Source: a virus
Taxonomy: Duplodnaviria > Caudoviricetes
DNA: 38,368 nt
Virus record (IMG/VR): IMGVR_UViG_3300032312_000843
Location: 1 to 38,368 of that record
Direction: 5' to 3' (one strand)
The notes under the pieces are model-generated. The model ran no database searches and was not told the DNA's origin. It was given only the letters and a program-made list of their open reading frames with translations. Below are positions 35,626-38,368 of this stretch, one piece after another. Position numbers and translations under genes: made by a program. Each line of letters begins with the position of its first letter. Position 1 is the first letter of the stretch.

Positions 35626-35647
35626 GTGTTTTTTACGGCAAAATTTA

Positions 35648-36223
35648 TTATAATGGTAATAAAATTGTTTCTATTCTTCTAAAAACAAATTCGAAAGTTG
35701 TTTCAATTTCTCCTGCATCTCTATGTGAATAAGATATTTCTCCTAATGTTGTAGGAAATGCCGATTTATATATCCATTGTATTACATCGTTATGAAATTC
35801 ATCTTTTGCTGTTATAATAAAATCTGTAGAATATTGTCCTAATCCTTTATCTTTTTCTGTTAATTCTTCTTCATAAATCCCGCTTTTTTCATTTCTAAGC
35901 AAATCCAACCACTTATGTATTACCCAATAATTATTAAATTGATTATCAATTGTAAAATTTATTGATAAAGGTTCGTATGTTGGTTTATTGTGTGATGATA
36001 CATAAACCGTACTTCCTGCATATCTAACTTCTTCTGCTGGTATAGTATTTTTTGGAACCACAGTTCCATATACGGCAAATTGAAGAGTATTTAAATCTAA
36101 ATTTGCATTAGTTCTTTGAAATTTTTTATTAAACGGTTTTAATGCATCAGGAAGAGTAAGAGTAAGAGTAAACTTATCTTTCCTAGATTTATTTAAAAAT
36201 GATTGATCGTAACGATTAGCCAT
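35648..36223 (-). CDS. gp3: Tail tube terminator, T4 gp3-like
   Basis: YEPLSINFTIDNQFNNYWVIHKWL...YKSAFPTTLGEISY resembles the gp3 Y.PL.+.F.+DE....W..+..W motif. Confidence 0.65.
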   Translation of the reverse strand: MANRYDQSFLNKSRKDKFTLTLTLPDALKPFNKKFQRTNANLDLNTLQFAVYGTVVPKNTIPAEEVRYAGSTVYVSSHNKPTYEPLSINFTIDNQFNNYWVIHKWLDLLRNEKSGIYEEELTEKDKGLGQYSTDFIITAKDEFHNDVIQWIYKSAFPTTLGEISYSHRDAGEIETTFEFVFRRIETILLPL

Positions 36224-36224
36224 A

Positions 36225-36767
36225 TTATAATGTTATACCAAATTGATTTTGTATATATTTTTGCATATCTGGAGGAAAATATAAATTTGGTTTTTTTATA
36301 ATATTTGTAATTTGAGATCCATCTTTAGAAAATCTAATTGTTACTGCTGCATAATCACGACCATCATAAATTTTTACCATTTGATAATTAGGATACATAT
36401 CACCAACTTCCTTCATTACGGTATATTTGTATGTAGGTTTTCCAGAAGATTTAGCATTACCAGAAGTAGTTTCTGTATTATTAAATTTAGCCATAAGACC
36501 AACTTTATATTCATTAATATTATGTTTTGATTTTATAGGTTTATCTACATTTGCTCTTGATGGAGTAGTTGAAGGGGTAGCTGAACTATCATTTTGCTGT
36601 TGAACCATTTTAGTTCTGGTTAAATCATGATTACGATGCGTATCCTCTAGTCCATGTTGTACTCCTAACAGACTAGCAGCACCTAATGCTGCGCCAGCAG
36701 CATATTTTTTCCAAGATTGGTCTAATAATATAAGTTGTTCTTCTACGATTGAATCAAATTTAGTCAT
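36225..36767 (-). CDS. Hypothetical late protein with a hydrophobic Ala/Gly segment (start moved to ATG 36767)
   Basis: MTKFDSIVEEQL...WKKYAAGAALGAASLLG, with TAAATA-N5-ATG. Confidence 0.6.
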   Translation of the reverse strand: MTKFDSIVEEQLILLDQSWKKYAAGAALGAASLLGVQHGLEDTHRNHDLTRTKMVQQQNDSSATPSTTPSRANVDKPIKSKHNINEYKVGLMAKFNNTETTSGNAKSSGKPTYKYTVMKEVGDMYPNYQMVKIYDGRDYAAVTIRFSKDGSQITNIIKKPNLYFPPDMQKYIQNQFGITL

Positions 36768-36772
36768 ACATT

Positions 36773-36778
36773 TATTTA
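36773..36778 (-). promoter_or_regulatory. Late-promoter-like TAAATA, 5 nt before ATG 36767, overlapping the terminase stop
   Basis: Minus strand CTAAATAAATGTATG. Confidence 0.65.
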
Positions 36779-38368
36779 GTATGGTCGCCATCCTTGATTA
36801 AATAAGTCATCTATATCTGGATTATTATCTTCATATCCACCCATAAATGATGGTAGTGCGTCTCCTCCTAATCCATTTTTTTCGTTACCATATATAGATA
36901 ATGGATTCATGAAATATTTTATTCCATAATCTACGGATTTGATAACTACTGGTTTTCCATTTTCATCTTTTTCTAATACATCAAAATAAACAGGAGCGAT
37001 ATCTTCATGTAAAACCATTAATGCCCAAATTAAAGACATAACTCTATCATCATGCGATCCGTTTTTACCAGACCATGTTCCTGATTTACTACGAACAAAG
37101 TCATTTAATTCTAAAATAGTACCTATATCATTAATCTGTACTCTTTTTTCAATATTCAACCAATATCTTTGATTCATAACTCCATGATATTTTGTATTAG
37201 TATGAGCAATAATACCTAATTTATTAGAAGTTCTATTAGCTACTCTATCTACTCCCCAATTTACAATATTTTCATAATTAAAATCCTTTTTGAGGTTATC
37301 TACAACTTGTCCTCCACAATTATTACGTTCAATCATTGCTAGCGGATCGCCCCAATGTTGTAAAATTTCTCTTAATTTAGGTGTAAATTCAGTAGGAGTA
37401 ATTTTATTGTTATGATACACAGCAACTTGTTTAATTCTTTTGGGATCAGTTATATCTAATATTTGAACAACAGTTGCGTCTTTTCCTACACCTTCTGCTA
37501 TGTCAACTCCAGCAACATATATTTTTTCATCACTAGGTTTTTCCCATAAAGAATATTTTCCGTCATCCATTAGATACATTGGTTCTATTGTATGTTTTTT
37601 CATTTGATCAAACAAATCTTTATCTAATGCTGATTCTCCTATTTCATCGAATTGGCAATTATGAGATACAATATCATTTGTGTAATATTGATTAGATTCT
37701 ACATTTAATAAATCATAAACTGGCAACATTCCAATTTGTTTAATTTTTAATATATTATCAAATCCATTTTTTATTTGTATTTCATCATTTATTTTCAAAT
37801 TTTCGGCAATTTTAAATCCTTCAGATTTTGTTAATATTCTATGGTTTTTACTGCATTTTAATGATGTAGTGCTCAAAATTAATTCTAAACAATCTTTCTC
37901 TAATTTTTGAATACCAGAAAATGTCTCAAATCCATTAGGAGTTAATATTTTTATATTATTTTTATTAAAATCAATAATATCATATAAATTTTCAATTATA
38001 ATAGATTGTTCTTTATTGTCTTTTAGTATGGTAATGAGAGTTTTCCCATCGACACACTCAAATTCTCTGCGCCACATTCCTACATCAGAGAGAGATGCCA
38101 TAGTTTGTTGTTTCCATTTTTCAGTACGACCCGGTACTTCATTCCATAAAATCTTCATACTTTGCCATTCATTTTCTCCTTTTATTGATCCATCGTATAA
38201 TCTATAAAATAATCCAGCAGTATCTCTAGGAGTAGATGCCATAATAATCTTGGATTTCATGGAAGATGAAATAATTGGATATACAGATGCCCAAAATTCG
38301 TTGAGTAAATGCGAATCGATCCAATCCGCTTCGTCCACAAATAACAAATTAGCCGCAGATCCACGACC
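36776..38368 (-). CDS. gp17: Terminase large subunit, T4 gp17-like, 5'-truncated by the window edge, intein-containing
   Basis: Open to the edge: GRGSAANLLFVDEAD (Walker B), MASTP, WNEVPGR, REFEC. Nuclease motifs YVAGVDIAEGVGKD, IERNN, HDDRVMSL. Confidence 0.95.
   Translation of the reverse strand, partial: GRGSAANLLFVDEADWIDSHLLNEFWASVYPIISSSMKSKIIMASTPRDTAGLFYRLYDGSIKGENEWQSMKILWNEVPGRTEKWKQQTMASLSDVGMWRREFECVDGKTLITILKDNKEQSIIIENLYDIIDFNKNNIKILTPNGFETFSGIQKLEKDCLELILSTTSLKCSKNHRILTKSEGFKIAENLKINDEIQIKNGFDNILKIKQIGMLPVYDLLNVESNQYYTNDIVSHNCQFDEIGESALDKDLFDQMKKHTIEPMYLMDDGKYSLWEKPSDEKIYVAGVDIAEGVGKDATVVQILDITDPKRIKQVAVYHNNKITPTEFTPKLREILQHWGDPLAMIERNNCGGQVVDNLKKDFNYENIVNWGVDRVANRTSNKLGIIAHTNTKYHGVMNQRYWLNIEKRVQINDIGTILELNDFVRSKSGTWSGKNGSHDDRVMSLIWALMVLHEDIAPVYFDVLEKDENGKPVVIKSVDYGIKYFMNPLSIYGNEKNGLGGDALPSFMGGYEDNNPDIDDLFNQGWRPY
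37658..38056 (-). mobile_element. Cis mini-intein (133 aa) in the terminase
   Basis: REFE|CVDGKT...KCSKNHRI...VYDLLNVESNQYYTNDIVSHN|CQF. No endonuclease domain. Confidence 0.92.

Noticed and set aside
1-38368. tRNA, rRNA or other ncRNA genes
   Set aside because: Intergenic gaps are all under about 75 nt and none showed a cloverleaf by eye. A covariance-model search would confirm this.

Overview
This AT-rich 38.4-kb window comes from a large T4-like (myovirus) phage genome and is almost entirely a minus-strand virion morphogenesis cluster. From right to left it encodes the terminase large subunit (partial), a gp3-like tube terminator, tail sheath, tail tube, baseplate hub and wedge proteins, a tape measure, large beta-propeller/PKD/LamG baseplate proteins and tail fibres. 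A small dUTPase plus clamp-loader island sits in the middle. The main result is a fractured clamp-loader (gp44/RFC-like) gene: it is broken at Walker B (LDE|CDGL) into two ORFs carrying the N- and C-halves of a naturally split intein, with a free-standing PD-(D/E)XK endonuclease gene between them, so the protein would need trans-splicing. Other notable items are a 133-aa mini-intein in the terminase, a TAAATA-N5-start motif before 12 genes (probable leaderless late transcripts), an endonuclease fused to a Mom/GNAT-like domain between sheath and tube, a 3D-domain cell-wall hydrolase candidate after the hub gene, and a perfect 5x18-bp repeat in a tail fibre. All calls come from motif recognition by eye; no database searches were run.
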